IMG/VR virus record: IMGVR_UViG_3300012943_000028
Coordinates: 32,001 to 96,000 of that record
DNA length: 64,000 bases
Direction: 5' to 3' (one strand)
Source: a virus
Lineage: Duplodnaviria; Heunggongvirae; Uroviricota; Caudoviricetes
The notes beneath the pieces were generated by a model, which worked only from the letters and a program-made list of their open reading frames with translations, was not told the DNA's origin and did not search any database. Position 1 is the first letter of the stretch. Each line of letters begins with the position of its first letter. Both the position numbers and the translations under genes were made by a program. Shown one piece after another: positions 28,436 to 38,466 of this stretch.

Positions 28436-28874
28436 AGAAGTCCATCGCTAGCTTCTTGAAGAAGCCACCAACGCCGGAAATATCAGGCACGAGCGTGGTC
28501 TTGATGACCCTTGGAGCTGGACGTGGTGGTGGCGTTGGCCTCTTTGGAGTCTCACTCTTCAACGGCACGTACGGTGACATGACGTCTTTGGCCTTGATGG
28601 TCTTTCTTACTGCCTTCTTCTTGACAGTGGTGGAGCGCCGACGCTTTGTGTCGATGATCATGGAGTCATAGTCCTCGTCGAGCTGCTTGTCCAGCTGCTC
28701 CATCTGACGATCGAGCTGCTCCATCTGCTTGTCGATATCGTTCCCGACCTTCTTGAAGTACTGCTGATATTTTCCATCAGACACAGGAATCCCGGCAAGC
28801 TTACGAAGCCTATCAAGGCTGTCGTTGCCCGTCTGCATTGGACGAGGAGTCCACAGTTCCGACATCTTTGCCAT
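28362..28874 (-). CDS. hypothetical low-complexity protein
   Basis: LDRLRKLAGI, QMEQLD tandem repeat, Pro/Lys-rich. Confidence 0.55.
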   Translation of the reverse strand: MAKMSELWTPRPMQTGNDSLDRLRKLAGIPVSDGKYQQYFKKVGNDIDKQMEQLDRQMEQLDKQLDEDYDSMIIDTKRRRSTTVKKKAVRKTIKAKDVMSPYVPLKSETPKRPTPPPRPAPRVIKTTLVPDISGVGGFFKKLAMDFFESVGRATTRKSKSDSGSPQEPTA

Positions 28875-29157
28875 GCTTCTTCCTACCCTTCAAGTACTTG
28901 TCGAGCTTGATCGTTGCCGTGGTGCCAAAGAACGTCGTCAGAACGGCGACTGCAATGAGCCAGTAGTTGTGAAGCACCGAGATGGTGGCCACGATTCCTG
29001 ACATGTAGATGCCGCTTGCCCACATGCCGGCCTTGACGGCTGCACCCTCACCAACACGGCGCACATACAGCGCCCAAGATACGTCATTGAGCAGGATGCA
29101 CGCCACGACGGCAAGGATCGACAGGATGGACGGAAATTCTGGTACCGTAATGTCCAT
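28813..29157 (-). CDS. small membrane protein
   Basis: Three hydrophobic segments. Confidence 0.6.
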   Translation of the reverse strand: MDITVPEFPSILSILAVVACILLNDVSWALYVRRVGEGAAVKAGMWASGIYMSGIVATISVLHNYWLIAVAVLTTFFGTTATIKLDKYLKGRKKHGKDVGTVDSSSNADGQRQP

Positions 29158-29161
29158 TGTA

Positions 29162-29725
29162 TCACATCTCCTTGGCACGCACAATCTTCAACCAGTCCTT
29201 CCACCATACACGAGGACCAAACACGTCAGGATAGAAGCCCCAATCATCTCGACCAAGCTCGTCATTCACCTTGCGACCTCTGAAGAAGAGAGTCCAGGTC
29301 TCAATGCCCTCTGGTAGTTCAATCCAGTGCGCATTTGTTGGGATGACTGCGGTTTGAGTTGTTGGCCCATCACCATCAGGTTTGTTTGATGTCGTAAGCT
29401 GAAGGTTCTTCACCTTGCTTTTTGGTGATCTGATGATGGAACCAGGACCACGCCACACACGACGGTCAAAACCCTCATGATCTGGCTTATGCTCCCAGTA
29501 GCCGCCCTTCAAGATGATCGTGAGGTAGCTGAATGGGTGGTCATGAAAGACTGGAGAGTCTGACTTGTGGAAGTGGTGCAGGAAGATATTTCCTGGGATG
29601 TCAGTGCGTTCGCCATCTACCTGGTCCTTGTAGGCAAGGTAGTAGCGCGTGAGGTATGGCTCGCCTTTGTCATAGATGACGTACTTGCGGCCCGCTTTTT
29701 CCAGACGATCGAGAATCCAACTCAT
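29162..29725 (-). CDS. cupin-like phage protein
   Basis: LHHFHKSD...HDHPFSYLTIILKGGYWE, HWIEL, WTLFF. Confidence 0.75.
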   Translation of the reverse strand: MSWILDRLEKAGRKYVIYDKGEPYLTRYYLAYKDQVDGERTDIPGNIFLHHFHKSDSPVFHDHPFSYLTIILKGGYWEHKPDHEGFDRRVWRGPGSIIRSPKSKVKNLQLTTSNKPDGDGPTTQTAVIPTNAHWIELPEGIETWTLFFRGRKVNDELGRDDWGFYPDVFGPRVWWKDWLKIVRAKEM

Positions 29726-29726
29726 G

Positions 29727-30830
29727 TTAGACGTTCCATTGACTGAGGCTATCGTTGAGAACACGGTTGACCCTTACAAAGGTACCGCACTTGGCCATGT
29801 CCTTGAGGCGTCGAGCTCCGATGTAGGTGCACGCACTACGGATTCCGCCGAGAATTTCCTCTGCGGTTCCTGCCACGGCTCCCTTGTACGGAACCTCTAC
29901 AACCTTACCTTCACTTGCACGGTAGTTGGCCTTACCACCGTAGTGCTTGTCCATTGCTGCGCTCGATGACATTCCATAGAAGCGCATGTACTTCTTGCCT
30001 AGTGCAGCGGCAAACGGCAGAAGATGGGTGTCTACACCCTTTACGTCTGACATCTTTGTGAACAGCTCACCAGCACACTCATCGTGGCCAGCGAAGATGC
30101 CACCGGCCATGAGAAAGTCTGAGCCGGCCGCAAAGCCTTTCGCAAAGTCACCTGCGTTCACAAGACCACCATCACCGCAGATATGACCATCCACCTGGTG
30201 TGCAGCGTCCTGGCATTCCATGATTGCACTGAGCTGTGGGTAGCCGACGCCAGTCAGCTTGCGAGTGGTGCACACGGAACCGGGACCGATGCCAACCTTG
30301 ACAATGTCTACGCCACGCTCGATCAGATCGTACACGGCGTCTGGAGTAACCACGTTACCGGCCATGATGACCGCATTTGTAGTGTCTCGCATGCCCTCTA
30401 CAAACTTCACAAACTTACGAGAGTAGCCATTTGCCACATCGATGCAGATGAAGTCGATGAAGCAGTTACGTTCACGAAGTCCCTGGTTCACGGCGATGAA
30501 CTTTTCGTAGTCCGCATCTGCTATCCCCATTGAATAGAAAGTGTGCGGATTTCTGTCGGCCGAGCTAAAATAGTTCACCAGCTCCTCGACCGAGTAAAAT
30601 TTGTGCAGCGCCACAGCCATGTTGTATGGAGCTAAAGCTTTGGCCATCTCGAACGTTCCAGGATGATCCATGTTGGCAACGATGATCGGCATGCCTGTGT
30701 ACGGCACCTGCGAGTGCTTGAACTTGAAAGTTCTCAGCACGTCTACCTTTGAGCGGCTGTCGAGAGTCGAGCGCTTAGGCATCAGGAGAACGTCCTGAAA
30801 GTCAAGCTTCACGTCTTCTACGATCTTCAT
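29727..30830 (-). CDS. guaC: GMP reductase
   Basis: [45 protein letters not shown]. Confidence 0.95.
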   Translation of the reverse strand: MKIVEDVKLDFQDVLLMPKRSTLDSRSKVDVLRTFKFKHSQVPYTGMPIIVANMDHPGTFEMAKALAPYNMAVALHKFYSVEELVNYFSSADRNPHTFYSMGIADADYEKFIAVNQGLRERNCFIDFICIDVANGYSRKFVKFVEGMRDTTNAVIMAGNVVTPDAVYDLIERGVDIVKVGIGPGSVCTTRKLTGVGYPQLSAIMECQDAAHQVDGHICGDGGLVNAGDFAKGFAAGSDFLMAGGIFAGHDECAGELFTKMSDVKGVDTHLLPFAAALGKKYMRFYGMSSSAAMDKHYGGKANYRASEGKVVEVPYKGAVAGTAEEILGGIRSACTYIGARRLKDMAKCGTFVRVNRVLNDSLSQWNV

Positions 30831-32293
30831 AGCTGTTTCACCTTGATGGTTAGCTTCTTGAGAACGGCATAGCCGGCCTCGGTGTAATGCTTGACACGCT
30901 CACGCGCGTGCTTGCGAGCCCACTTGAGCTTCGAATGAACGTCCACAACGTGAACCGCATCCTTGTCACGGCCCTTGCGCAGGCCACGACCAATCGACTG
31001 GATGGTCTTGATGAACGACTTGCCTGGGTCGATCAGCATCATGCAGAAGATACGGTCGATCGAGATGCCGGTTGAGGCGATGCCTGAGGAGGCGATGACG
31101 ATGAGGTCGTCATGCTCTTCGAACATGTCGTAGTGCTCCTTGCGGAGGTCTGACGGAGACTCACCGTAGAGGAACACAGCGCCCTTGATGAGCGAGGCGA
31201 GCTTCTTACCAAAGTCGATGCTGTTCACCAGCACGAGGGTGTTGCCATGGGTGGCACACTCGGAGATGATAAGGTCGGCGATCTTCTCCATGCGGTGCGT
31301 TGACTTGCTGAGGAACGCGCGCTCTGCATCGTAGTCGGTGAATTCTTCGTCGATGTACGACTCGTTGATCTCGACAGGCTGAATCTCAACCTTGGCGAGG
31401 TAGCCGTTGTCGATGAGCCACTTTGCCGGAATCTCCTTGAGAATCTGGCCGATGGAGCAGTTCAGCGACATCTGATCGCACTCTGGTTTCGGGAACGTGC
31501 CCGTCACACCAAAGCGGAATGGAATGTGCTTGCCGTTTTCATTGATCAGCTTCTGCGCAACTGACGCCTTGATGCCGTGCGCCTCGTCCCAGATCAAGCA
31601 GTCAAACGACTTGAGGACGTCTGGGTTGTGCTGTAGCGCCTGCCAAGTTGCGACGACGTTTGGGTGTTCGATGTCCTTCTCAGAACCCGAGTACGTGCCT
31701 ACGTCCATCTGGCAGATTCTGTACCACTTCACCGTCTGCTTGACGAGGTCGTCTGAAGGAACGATGGTAATGGTGCGATGCCCAAGGTCTGAGTAGAGCT
31801 TCGAGATGGCGCCTGTGATGAACGTCTTGCCAGCACCGGTACCTGCGATGATAAAGCCGGAGCCTGCCTCGACGGCAAGCTTTACCACCTGCAGCTGGTA
31901 CGGGTAGAGCTCGACCTTGCGCCCATTTGGAAGGTAGACGTCGCCGAAGATATCGGTGCCCGTGGCCTCGATGGCGATGCCGCTCTCGTCTACCTTGAGA
32001 ATTTCTCCAGGAGATGCTGGCTGCTCGAACACCTTGCGGTTGTCCATGAGCTCGATCTCATAGCCCCATTTCTCGATGTATGGAAGAATCTTCTCGAGCA
32101 GCCGCATGTACGACTTGCCAGTCTTCTCGAAGAAACGAATACGTCCATCCCACCTGCCGAGCTTGTAGGCTGGCATGAAGAAGTAACCCTCAACGTGTGG
32201 GGCAAACGTCTTCCAAAGGGTTTCGAGATGGGTTGGCGTCAGACCTTGAAAGTGACACCACACCTCATCACGGATGGAGAGGTAACACTTCAT
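30827..32293 (-). CDS. uvsW: UvsW-like superfamily 2 helicase
   Basis: GRWDGRIR, GTGAGKT, DEAH, TGT, QSIGRGLR. Confidence 0.9.
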   Translation of the reverse strand: MKCYLSIRDEVWCHFQGLTPTHLETLWKTFAPHVEGYFFMPAYKLGRWDGRIRFFEKTGKSYMRLLEKILPYIEKWGYEIELMDNRKVFEQPASPGEILKVDESGIAIEATGTDIFGDVYLPNGRKVELYPYQLQVVKLAVEAGSGFIIAGTGAGKTFITGAISKLYSDLGHRTITIVPSDDLVKQTVKWYRICQMDVGTYSGSEKDIEHPNVVATWQALQHNPDVLKSFDCLIWDEAHGIKASVAQKLINENGKHIPFRFGVTGTFPKPECDQMSLNCSIGQILKEIPAKWLIDNGYLAKVEIQPVEINESYIDEEFTDYDAERAFLSKSTHRMEKIADLIISECATHGNTLVLVNSIDFGKKLASLIKGAVFLYGESPSDLRKEHYDMFEEHDDLIVIASSGIASTGISIDRIFCMMLIDPGKSFIKTIQSIGRGLRKGRDKDAVHVVDVHSKLKWARKHARERVKHYTEAGYAVLKKLTIKVKQL

Positions 32294-32790
32294 TCTTTCG
32301 GGTCGAACAACGAGATGCAGAAGGCATCATCACCATGATTGCCAGAATCTTGGATGAACAGGTGGAGGACGCCAAAGCTGGATGCAATTTCAGACCACAC
32401 TGGAGTGACTGAAGGAACTGCCCAACTTGTTGCGCCGATGGTAAACATCTGAATGGTGGCGATGAATTGGCAGACACCGACGACGTCTGACTGGTGTGCA
32501 AGCTCTGGACAGAACTTGTACGTCGTGCCGTCACTCTTCACCAGAAGGTAGACAGCCTTGGTCACCTTACGTGGTGAGAACGATATGCCGTTGCCGTAGG
32601 CAACTAGCGTTGCGTATGCTGGATCACCTTCGAGAAAGTTGAGCGCATCGAATGCACCTGACGTTGAAGATTCTGTTGGCTGAGGAACCTCGATGATGTA
32701 GTCGTGGTTCTCGACGGTGAACTTGTCGCTCTCTTGATGACCAACTGGAAGTTCTTCTGGTGAGCCGCTGAAAATGTTAGAGGACTGCAT
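32290..32790 (-). CDS. hypothetical protein
   Basis: ORF between uvsY-like and uvsW. Confidence 0.55.
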   Translation of the reverse strand: MQSSNIFSGSPEELPVGHQESDKFTVENHDYIIEVPQPTESSTSGAFDALNFLEGDPAYATLVAYGNGISFSPRKVTKAVYLLVKSDGTTYKFCPELAHQSDVVGVCQFIATIQMFTIGATSWAVPSVTPVWSEIASSFGVLHLFIQDSGNHGDDAFCISLFDPKE

Positions 32791-33238
32791 CTTGTAGCTC
32801 CGATACACGTAGTTTGGTCATGTGACCGACCATCCAGCCCATCTGCTTTAGGGCCTCGACGATCGAGGCGAGGTGGCTCTTCAGGCGCACCACCTCAATT
32901 TGAATCTGGTTGATCTCGACGATCTCTTGGTCGGCGCCAATGTACGCCTGAATGTCCTTGGCGGTCAGCTGGCGTGAGTAGCCTTCTGTGTACTTCTTCC
33001 ACAGCTTGCCGACTTTCTTTTCCTTGATGACATTGAGCCACTCCTCAACAGACTTGACGTCTTGGAGGTACATGTCATAGGAGGCCTGGTAGTGAGGGAG
33101 CGTGCGAGCCACTTCCTCGAGGCGGCGGCCCTCGATCTTGAAGATCGGCTCAGCTGCGTCGACCTTTGCCTGGTACTTTTCAAGTACCGGAATGATCTCG
33201 GGCAGCTTGCTTTCGTCTAGCTGTAGCGTTAGCGACAT
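32777..33238 (-). CDS. UvsY-like recombination mediator
   Basis: Helical; YTEGYSRQLTAKDIQAYIGAD; synteny with uvsX and uvsW. Confidence 0.7.
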   Translation of the reverse strand: MSLTLQLDESKLPEIIPVLEKYQAKVDAAEPIFKIEGRRLEEVARTLPHYQASYDMYLQDVKSVEEWLNVIKEKKVGKLWKKYTEGYSRQLTAKDIQAYIGADQEIVEINQIQIEVVRLKSHLASIVEALKQMGWMVGHMTKLRVSELQDAVL

Positions 33239-33506
33239 GCTTGGAATAGTTCCACGTTGTGAAGATGAGCTCTCGAGTGTGCGCATCATAGTCAATGAGA
33301 GAGCGCTCGAGGAGGCGGAAGGTTTTTAGATCAGTGAAGATTCTTGGTGTTGTTTCCAGTATTATACACCCAACAGGCAGCTTTGAAAACGTGAGCGTCA
33401 CGTCGAACCCTCGCGGGTGCTCCTGTAAAAGAACCCCGGCTGCGCCGCTGTCCCTAATCAGACGGCGCAGCCGGTTTTTCGCTGCTAAGGTAAGATACTC
33501 GCTCAC
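33180..33506 (-). CDS. hypothetical protein, weak HesB/IscA-like resemblance
   Basis: LTLAAKNRLRRLI...IFTDLKTFRLLERSLIDYD; conserved Cys ligands absent. Confidence 0.4.
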   Translation of the reverse strand: MSEYLTLAAKNRLRRLIRDSGAAGVLLQEHPRGFDVTLTFSKLPVGCIILETTPRIFTDLKTFRLLERSLIDYDAHTRELIFTTWNYSKHVANATARRKQAARDHSGT

Positions 33507-33515
33507 GCGACCTGC

Positions 33516-33758
33516 TTACTCAGCTGCGTCCTTACCGTCATCCTTCACCAAGCTGACGTTCGCAAGAACCTCACGGATCTTGTGCTGCAGCTTGCGTGGT
33601 GAGGTGAACACCTCACGGACGTTGTACCAGTAGTCCTCATCCTGAATGCCTTCGAGGCCGAACTTTTCCAACTTCGGGTCATTGCCCTTTACTGGATAGT
33701 GAAGCACGAAACCACCTTTGATGACTTCGATCGTAACAGTTGCGTCGAACGTTTTCAT
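33516..33758 (-). CDS. hypothetical protein
   Basis: 80-aa ORF with GAGGAG RBS. Confidence 0.6.
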   Translation of the reverse strand: MKTFDATVTIEVIKGGFVLHYPVKGNDPKLEKFGLEGIQDEDYWYNVREVFTSPRKLQHKIREVLANVSLVKDDGKDAAE

Positions 33759-33761
33759 CGT

Positions 33762-34817
33762 TTACTCCTCGTCTTCGGCTTCAACGGCTTCAGGCTCGCC
33801 CTGATCACGTACCGGTGTTGCCTTTGGGTGTTTGAACAGCTTGAGCGCAAGTTCCTCGCTCATCTCGCTGTCCTTGAATGCCAGCTTCTCACCATTGACG
33901 ACGCTGACCCACTTCTGCTTCTCACCAGGTGCCGTACCCTTGGCAATGACGCCGAGGTTTTCAAGCAGCTCAGTGAGACCCGAGAATGGGCTCAAGCCGC
34001 TGTTGTACGGAATAGCAAGTTCGACCTTCGTGCCAAGCTTCGCAAAGCGTGACTTGTAGGTCTCGAAGCGCATGCGGACACCGACGATGTCGCCCTCTTC
34101 CTTCAACTTCAGCTTCGTGATGATGCCGATGATTGAGCTGGAGAACTTCGTGCTGTTGGTGATTGCCCATGCACCGTCGCCCATCATGATGTCCTGTGGG
34201 TAGACGTGGTCAGTCGCAACGAATGCGATTGGCAGGCGGCTGATCTGGTTGACGATCAGTCGCAGCATCGCCTTGCGGCGCTTTGCGAGCTGACCCTGGT
34301 CGCCCTTGATCACGCCAGACCCTTCGTAGTTCTCCAACTCGGTGGCCGAGCTGAGCATTGCGAGAGAGTCCAGAACGATGAGCGTCTTCGGTGCGTCCTT
34401 GTTGTCCTTGCCATACGCTTGCGTATAGTTACCAAAGAACTCTGAGAGCACCTTGTTGACGTCCTCGATCATCGCCACCTGGATGTAGGTGAGCTTGTCT
34501 GGGCTGGTGTCAACGCCGATCTTGCCGAGGTAGTCGATGTCAAGCGCGTTCTCAGAGTCAAGCGCCAGAATGTGGTAACCCATCTTCTGTGCCTGAGCCA
34601 TGATGTTTGCCGAGATGAATGACTTACCAGAACCGGCAGGTCCGGCCCAGAGGCTGATGCGGCTGAGTGGAACGCCCTTGGTGAAGTCACCGCTGAGAGC
34701 GTAGTTGAGTGCGTAGTTGCCGGTCGACAACCACTCTTCGGCACGCGAGATGCCGATGTTCAAGGTCTGGACCTTCGACAGGTCCTTCTTGAACTTGTCA
34801 AGAAATGCAAGTGCCAT
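33762..34817 (-). CDS. uvsX: RecA/UvsX recombinase
   Basis: STGNYALNYALSG, GPAGSGKS, DSENALD, IVLDSL, KSRF. Confidence 0.93.
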   Translation of the reverse strand: MALAFLDKFKKDLSKVQTLNIGISRAEEWLSTGNYALNYALSGDFTKGVPLSRISLWAGPAGSGKSFISANIMAQAQKMGYHILALDSENALDIDYLGKIGVDTSPDKLTYIQVAMIEDVNKVLSEFFGNYTQAYGKDNKDAPKTLIVLDSLAMLSSATELENYEGSGVIKGDQGQLAKRRKAMLRLIVNQISRLPIAFVATDHVYPQDIMMGDGAWAITNSTKFSSSIIGIITKLKLKEEGDIVGVRMRFETYKSRFAKLGTKVELAIPYNSGLSPFSGLTELLENLGVIAKGTAPGEKQKWVSVVNGEKLAFKDSEMSEELALKLFKHPKATPVRDQGEPEAVEAEDEE

Positions 34818-34841
34818 GATGCCCTCCTAAGGTATCAAGAA

Positions 34842-34863
34842 GGCGGGGCCTTGCGACCCCGCC
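34842..34863 (-). terminator. hairpin, probable intrinsic terminator after SSB
   Basis: GGCGGGG/CCCCGCC stem followed by TTCTT on the minus strand. Confidence 0.6.
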
Positions 34864-34869
34864 AGTTGA

Positions 34870-35787
34870 TTACTCAGCCGTTGCGGCTGCGGCTGCCTTG
34901 GCCTTCGAACGGGCCTTCAGCTGCTCGAGCACTGAGCTGGTCTTGGAGGCTGCAGCAGGTGCGGCTGCAGTCGTGGTCTCTGCTGTGGTAGCAGCGGCCT
35001 TAACGGCAGCTGGCTTTGCAGCAGGAGCCTCAGCGGCTGGTGCAGCGGCAGCAGGTGCTGCAGCAGCGTCATCGCTGTCGCCCGAACCATCGTCGTATGA
35101 CTGACCGGTCTGGTCAGCAACGAGGAGGGCTTCAACCGTGGCGGCATCCGTCTTCTTCGAGCGGTAGTCGTTGAGGTTGTAGAGCGTGATGGCCTCGATC
35201 ACTTCATCATCAAGGTCGGTCTGCTTCGGAGCAAAGCTCGAAGTGTTGTACGAGGCGTACTGACCAGACTTGGTCTTCTTGATGCGGAAGTTGTAGCCAC
35301 CCTTGAACTCGTATGGGGCTTCCTCGAGATCGCCAGACTGGAACGCCGCCTGAATCTGCTTGAACACGGCAGGGCCGAATTCGATCAGCTTCACGAGAGC
35401 TGCCTGGTCGTGCTCGATCGGGCTTTCAACCACGATCACCTGACCGATGTAGCTCTTCTTGCGGTAGTAGCGCTTGCCCATCTCTTCGTTCTTCTCATCG
35501 TAGAACTTACGTGAGAGGTTGCAGATCGGGCAATCTTCGCCGTGCATCTTGAGGCATGGAACCTTTTTCTTCTGACCGTTGACAACGAGCTCGTGCTGGA
35601 GGTTTTCCACCAGGAAGCCGAGGCTGTTTTCTTCATCGAGGTCAGGGAGGAAGCGTACGACTGCGGTTGAGTCGTCAGGCATTTTCCAGAATGGATAAAA
35701 GAGCTTCCAGTTTTGGTCTCCGCCCGAAGAACCCTTCTTAGCAAAGTTGGCCTTCAGAGCGTCGAGACGATTTTTTGCGGTAGACAT
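34870..35787 (-). CDS. single-stranded DNA-binding protein (T4 gp32-like)
   Basis: VVRFLPD, CLKMHGEDCPIC, GYNFRIKK...YNTSSF; Ala-rich tail. Confidence 0.88.
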   Translation of the reverse strand: MSTAKNRLDALKANFAKKGSSGGDQNWKLFYPFWKMPDDSTAVVRFLPDLDEENSLGFLVENLQHELVVNGQKKKVPCLKMHGEDCPICNLSRKFYDEKNEEMGKRYYRKKSYIGQVIVVESPIEHDQAALVKLIEFGPAVFKQIQAAFQSGDLEEAPYEFKGGYNFRIKKTKSGQYASYNTSSFAPKQTDLDDEVIEAITLYNLNDYRSKKTDAATVEALLVADQTGQSYDDGSGDSDDAAAAPAAAAPAAEAPAAKPAAVKAAATTAETTTAAAPAAASKTSSVLEQLKARSKAKAAAAATAE

Positions 35788-35979
35788 TTTTGTTTTTCTC
35801 CAAAAGTAAAGTAATCAAACACAAAGTACTCGCCAAACGGCGTGCACCAGTATTTATACGAGGCGCAACCAAAAGTGCGCTGGTCAACGGAAGTTCAACG
35901 AGAGGTTGGAATGAGGAGCCTGCCGGCTCTCTTATTGGAAGGTAATCGTATCTCAGCTGCCAAAATATGTAAACTGCAT

Positions 35980-36723
35980 TCAGCCCCTTCCAAGAAATGG
36001 GAGACCGTTTTGGATGATCATCGCCTCGTAGAAGTTGAGGTGATCAGGAAGTGAGGTCATGTGCAGGACCGCATCTGCGATCTGCTTTGGCGTTGCGGCG
36101 ATATCCCGGAACCCGCGCGCAAGGCGCACCTCTCGTGGCACGAGCTCAGTCGCAACCATTCCAGGGTTGAGCAGTGAGACGGCGATGTTGAACTCTCTAC
36201 CGTCAATAGCAAGTGCGCGCGTCAAACCCTCAAGGCCAAATTTGCTCGCAGAGTAAGCGGGTGAATTTGCCCGTGGCACTCTCGCTGAGATAGAGCCAAT
36301 GTTCAGAATTCTGCCACGACCCTTTGGCTTCATGATGCGGAACGCTTCACGGCTGCAGATGAATGCTGACGTAAGGTTCGTGTTGATCGTGTGCATCCAC
36401 ATCTCGAGCGAGCAGTCTTCAATTGCAGCCTCACCACCGACACCAGCGTTGTTCACCAAGATGTCAACGGTGCCATAGCGCTCAACGGTTTTGGCAAACA
36501 TCTCAGCGACCTCAGCCTCACTGGTAACGTCTGTCTCAATGGCGACGGCATCTCCGCCTTTAGCCTTGATCTTTTCAGCGACACCTTCAAGCAGGTCAAT
36601 GCGCCGCCCGGTAACCACGACCTTTGAGCCAGCCGCCCCGTAACCAAGCACGCAGGCACGGCCAATGCCAGAGCTGGCGCCAGTGACGATGACAACACGG
36701 TCTTTGAGGATGTCGAGGTTCAT
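35980..36723 (-). CDS. short-chain dehydrogenase/reductase
   Basis: TGASSGIG, NNAG, YSASK, NPG. Confidence 0.93.
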   Translation of the reverse strand: MNLDILKDRVVIVTGASSGIGRACVLGYGAAGSKVVVTGRRIDLLEGVAEKIKAKGGDAVAIETDVTSEAEVAEMFAKTVERYGTVDILVNNAGVGGEAAIEDCSLEMWMHTINTNLTSAFICSREAFRIMKPKGRGRILNIGSISARVPRANSPAYSASKFGLEGLTRALAIDGREFNIAVSLLNPGMVATELVPREVRLARGFRDIAATPKQIADAVLHMTSLPDHLNFYEAMIIQNGLPFLGRG

Positions 36724-37745
36724 TTCTTGAATGATAGGATGAAGTTGAGCTCGTTGATGGACTGCACTGCCACGTCTTTAGCCTCAGCTGGAACGTGCTG
36801 CATCGGTGGCGAAATGCGTGCAAATGACGGACCGAACATCTTGAACCAGGCCCGCTTGTGAATCGGAAGCTCTGACGTGGTGTAGTACTCGTCACGGCAC
36901 AGCGCGAGGCCGCCAGGTCTCAGGACCCTGAGCATCTCTGAGAGAGCTGCCCTCGGATCGGCGACCTGATCTATTGATCCAAAGTTCATCACGAGGTCAA
37001 AGGCCTCACTGCGGTATGGTAGGTTCTGTGCATCGCAGACCATGAGCCGTGGAACAATGTGCTGCTCCATCAGCCTAGGAAAACCGCATGAGAGGATAGG
37101 GCCAGAGATGTCACACCCGTGAAAGTGAGTGCCAACTGGAAGTAGTGGTGCCACCTTGAGCAGCGATGTGCATGTTCCAGTTCCAATGTCGAGCACGCGA
37201 AGTGGACGCTTCACGTCCAGCCAATCGCTGATGATCTTCTTCACGACTGGATGAGCAGGTGAACGCACCTCATTGTCGAACCAAAGAAATGGAGCCAGCG
37301 GACCGCCTTCTTCGTTGTTGAAGTCGTAGCCGTAGCCCTGCATGATGTCGAGCATGCTCATCGGCTCGAGTGCGATAGGTTCAACGGTGCTCATCAGCCT
37401 GCTGACCGGGTCAATAGACACTCTCATGTCAAGCCTGAGAACGTTGTCGCTCATGAGGAGTTCATTGATGAACTCCACGTACGATGACAGCCTGTCGCAC
37501 TGCTCGGGTGAGAGCTCCTTGGAACGCTCAGAGTAGGTGGCAAGGCGTGAGAGCGCCGACCACACGGTAAACAGATCAGCGGCAACTTCCTTGCGGTAGT
37601 TTGCGGCCAGCGTTGGACTCACCTCTGAAAGCTCGGCGCATGAGCGCTCGTACTCATCGAAGAGCTGACGGAGGAGGGTTGATTCAGAGAGCGTTGCCAG
37701 CATCCGCTGGGCTGACGCATTCTTTATGGCCGACGCTTTTTCCAT
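36720..37745 (-). CDS. class I SAM-dependent methyltransferase with N-terminal extension
   Basis: VLDIGTGT, GCDIS, DAQNLPY...FDLV, EMLRVLRPGG. Confidence 0.88.
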   Translation of the reverse strand: MEKASAIKNASAQRMLATLSESTLLRQLFDEYERSCAELSEVSPTLAANYRKEVAADLFTVWSALSRLATYSERSKELSPEQCDRLSSYVEFINELLMSDNVLRLDMRVSIDPVSRLMSTVEPIALEPMSMLDIMQGYGYDFNNEEGGPLAPFLWFDNEVRSPAHPVVKKIISDWLDVKRPLRVLDIGTGTCTSLLKVAPLLPVGTHFHGCDISGPILSCGFPRLMEQHIVPRLMVCDAQNLPYRSEAFDLVMNFGSIDQVADPRAALSEMLRVLRPGGLALCRDEYYTTSELPIHKRAWFKMFGPSFARISPPMQHVPAEAKDVAVQSINELNFILSFKK

Positions 37746-37969
37746 GTGTACGGTTGACCGTTCGGCAGCTTGCCGTCTTTGACGATGTCACCTGGTGAGT
37801 TGTGGTGACTTGTGCTCGTGATGAACATCTTGCCTTCATCACGCAGCTTTGCGCAAAATGCGAGCAGCTTACTCAGCTGCCCCTCACCCTCGGGGAAATG
37901 CTGGACGCATGGAACCAGTGCGTCTCCTTCGAGCTCACACCAGTACACGATCATTCCATCACGGCTCAT
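37724..37969 (-). CDS. hypothetical protein
   Basis: GKLPNGQPYTWKKRR C-terminus. Confidence 0.55.
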   Translation of the reverse strand: MSRDGMIVYWCELEGDALVPCVQHFPEGEGQLSKLLAFCAKLRDEGKMFITSTSHHNSPGDIVKDGKLPNGQPYTWKKRRP

Positions 37970-38255
37970 TCGGCAGCTCTGGTAGAACGACACCGAACTC
38001 GATGACCTTCTGCATCTCGCCCTTGTCATTCTTGAAGTAGTAGTTGTCGTAGATGTTGCGCAGCAGGTTGTTGCGGTGGCCGTTCACTCCGATGAGACAC
38101 CAGTGCAGCTCAGCGATGTGCTTGCCAACCTTGAACAGCTGGCACTTCTCGCACTCTTTCTTGTTGCAGCGACACCCGCCGTTCAGCTTTGCCAACAGCT
38201 CGCAGATCGGCTTGGTGTTCTCAAGAAGCTCAGCAGTATCAGGCACTGTGCTCAT
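37959..38255 (-). CDS. Cys-rich hypothetical protein
   Basis: CRCNKKECEKC. Confidence 0.5.
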   Translation of the reverse strand: MSTVPDTAELLENTKPICELLAKLNGGCRCNKKECEKCQLFKVGKHIAELHWCLIGVNGHRNNLLRNIYDNYYFKNDKGEMQKVIEFGVVLPELPNEP

Positions 38256-38466
38256 GGTACTCCACGATGTCTGGTGCGTCCTTGCACTTGTGGCACTTCG
38301 TGCAGCGATCACCTTCGTAGTGCACCTGCACTCCCTCACCGACGGTGATCCAACCACGACCAAAAACCCAGTCGTGCTTGCACTCATCGGCGAGCGCCTT
38401 ATAGATCGTCCTCACGATGACGATGAGGATCACAAGGCTGATGACGACCGTGAACCCGTTCAGCAC
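38239..38466 (-). CDS. membrane-anchored small protein with C-H..CxxC
   Basis: TM segment followed by CKHDW...CTKC. Confidence 0.55.
   Translation of the reverse strand: MLNGFTVVISLVILIVIVRTIYKALADECKHDWVFGRGWITVGEGVQVHYEGDRCTKCHKCKDAPDIVEYHEHSA

Noticed and set aside
28681-28735. 21-bp tandem repeat
   Set aside because: A coding heptad repeat (QMEQLD) with only two to three copies.
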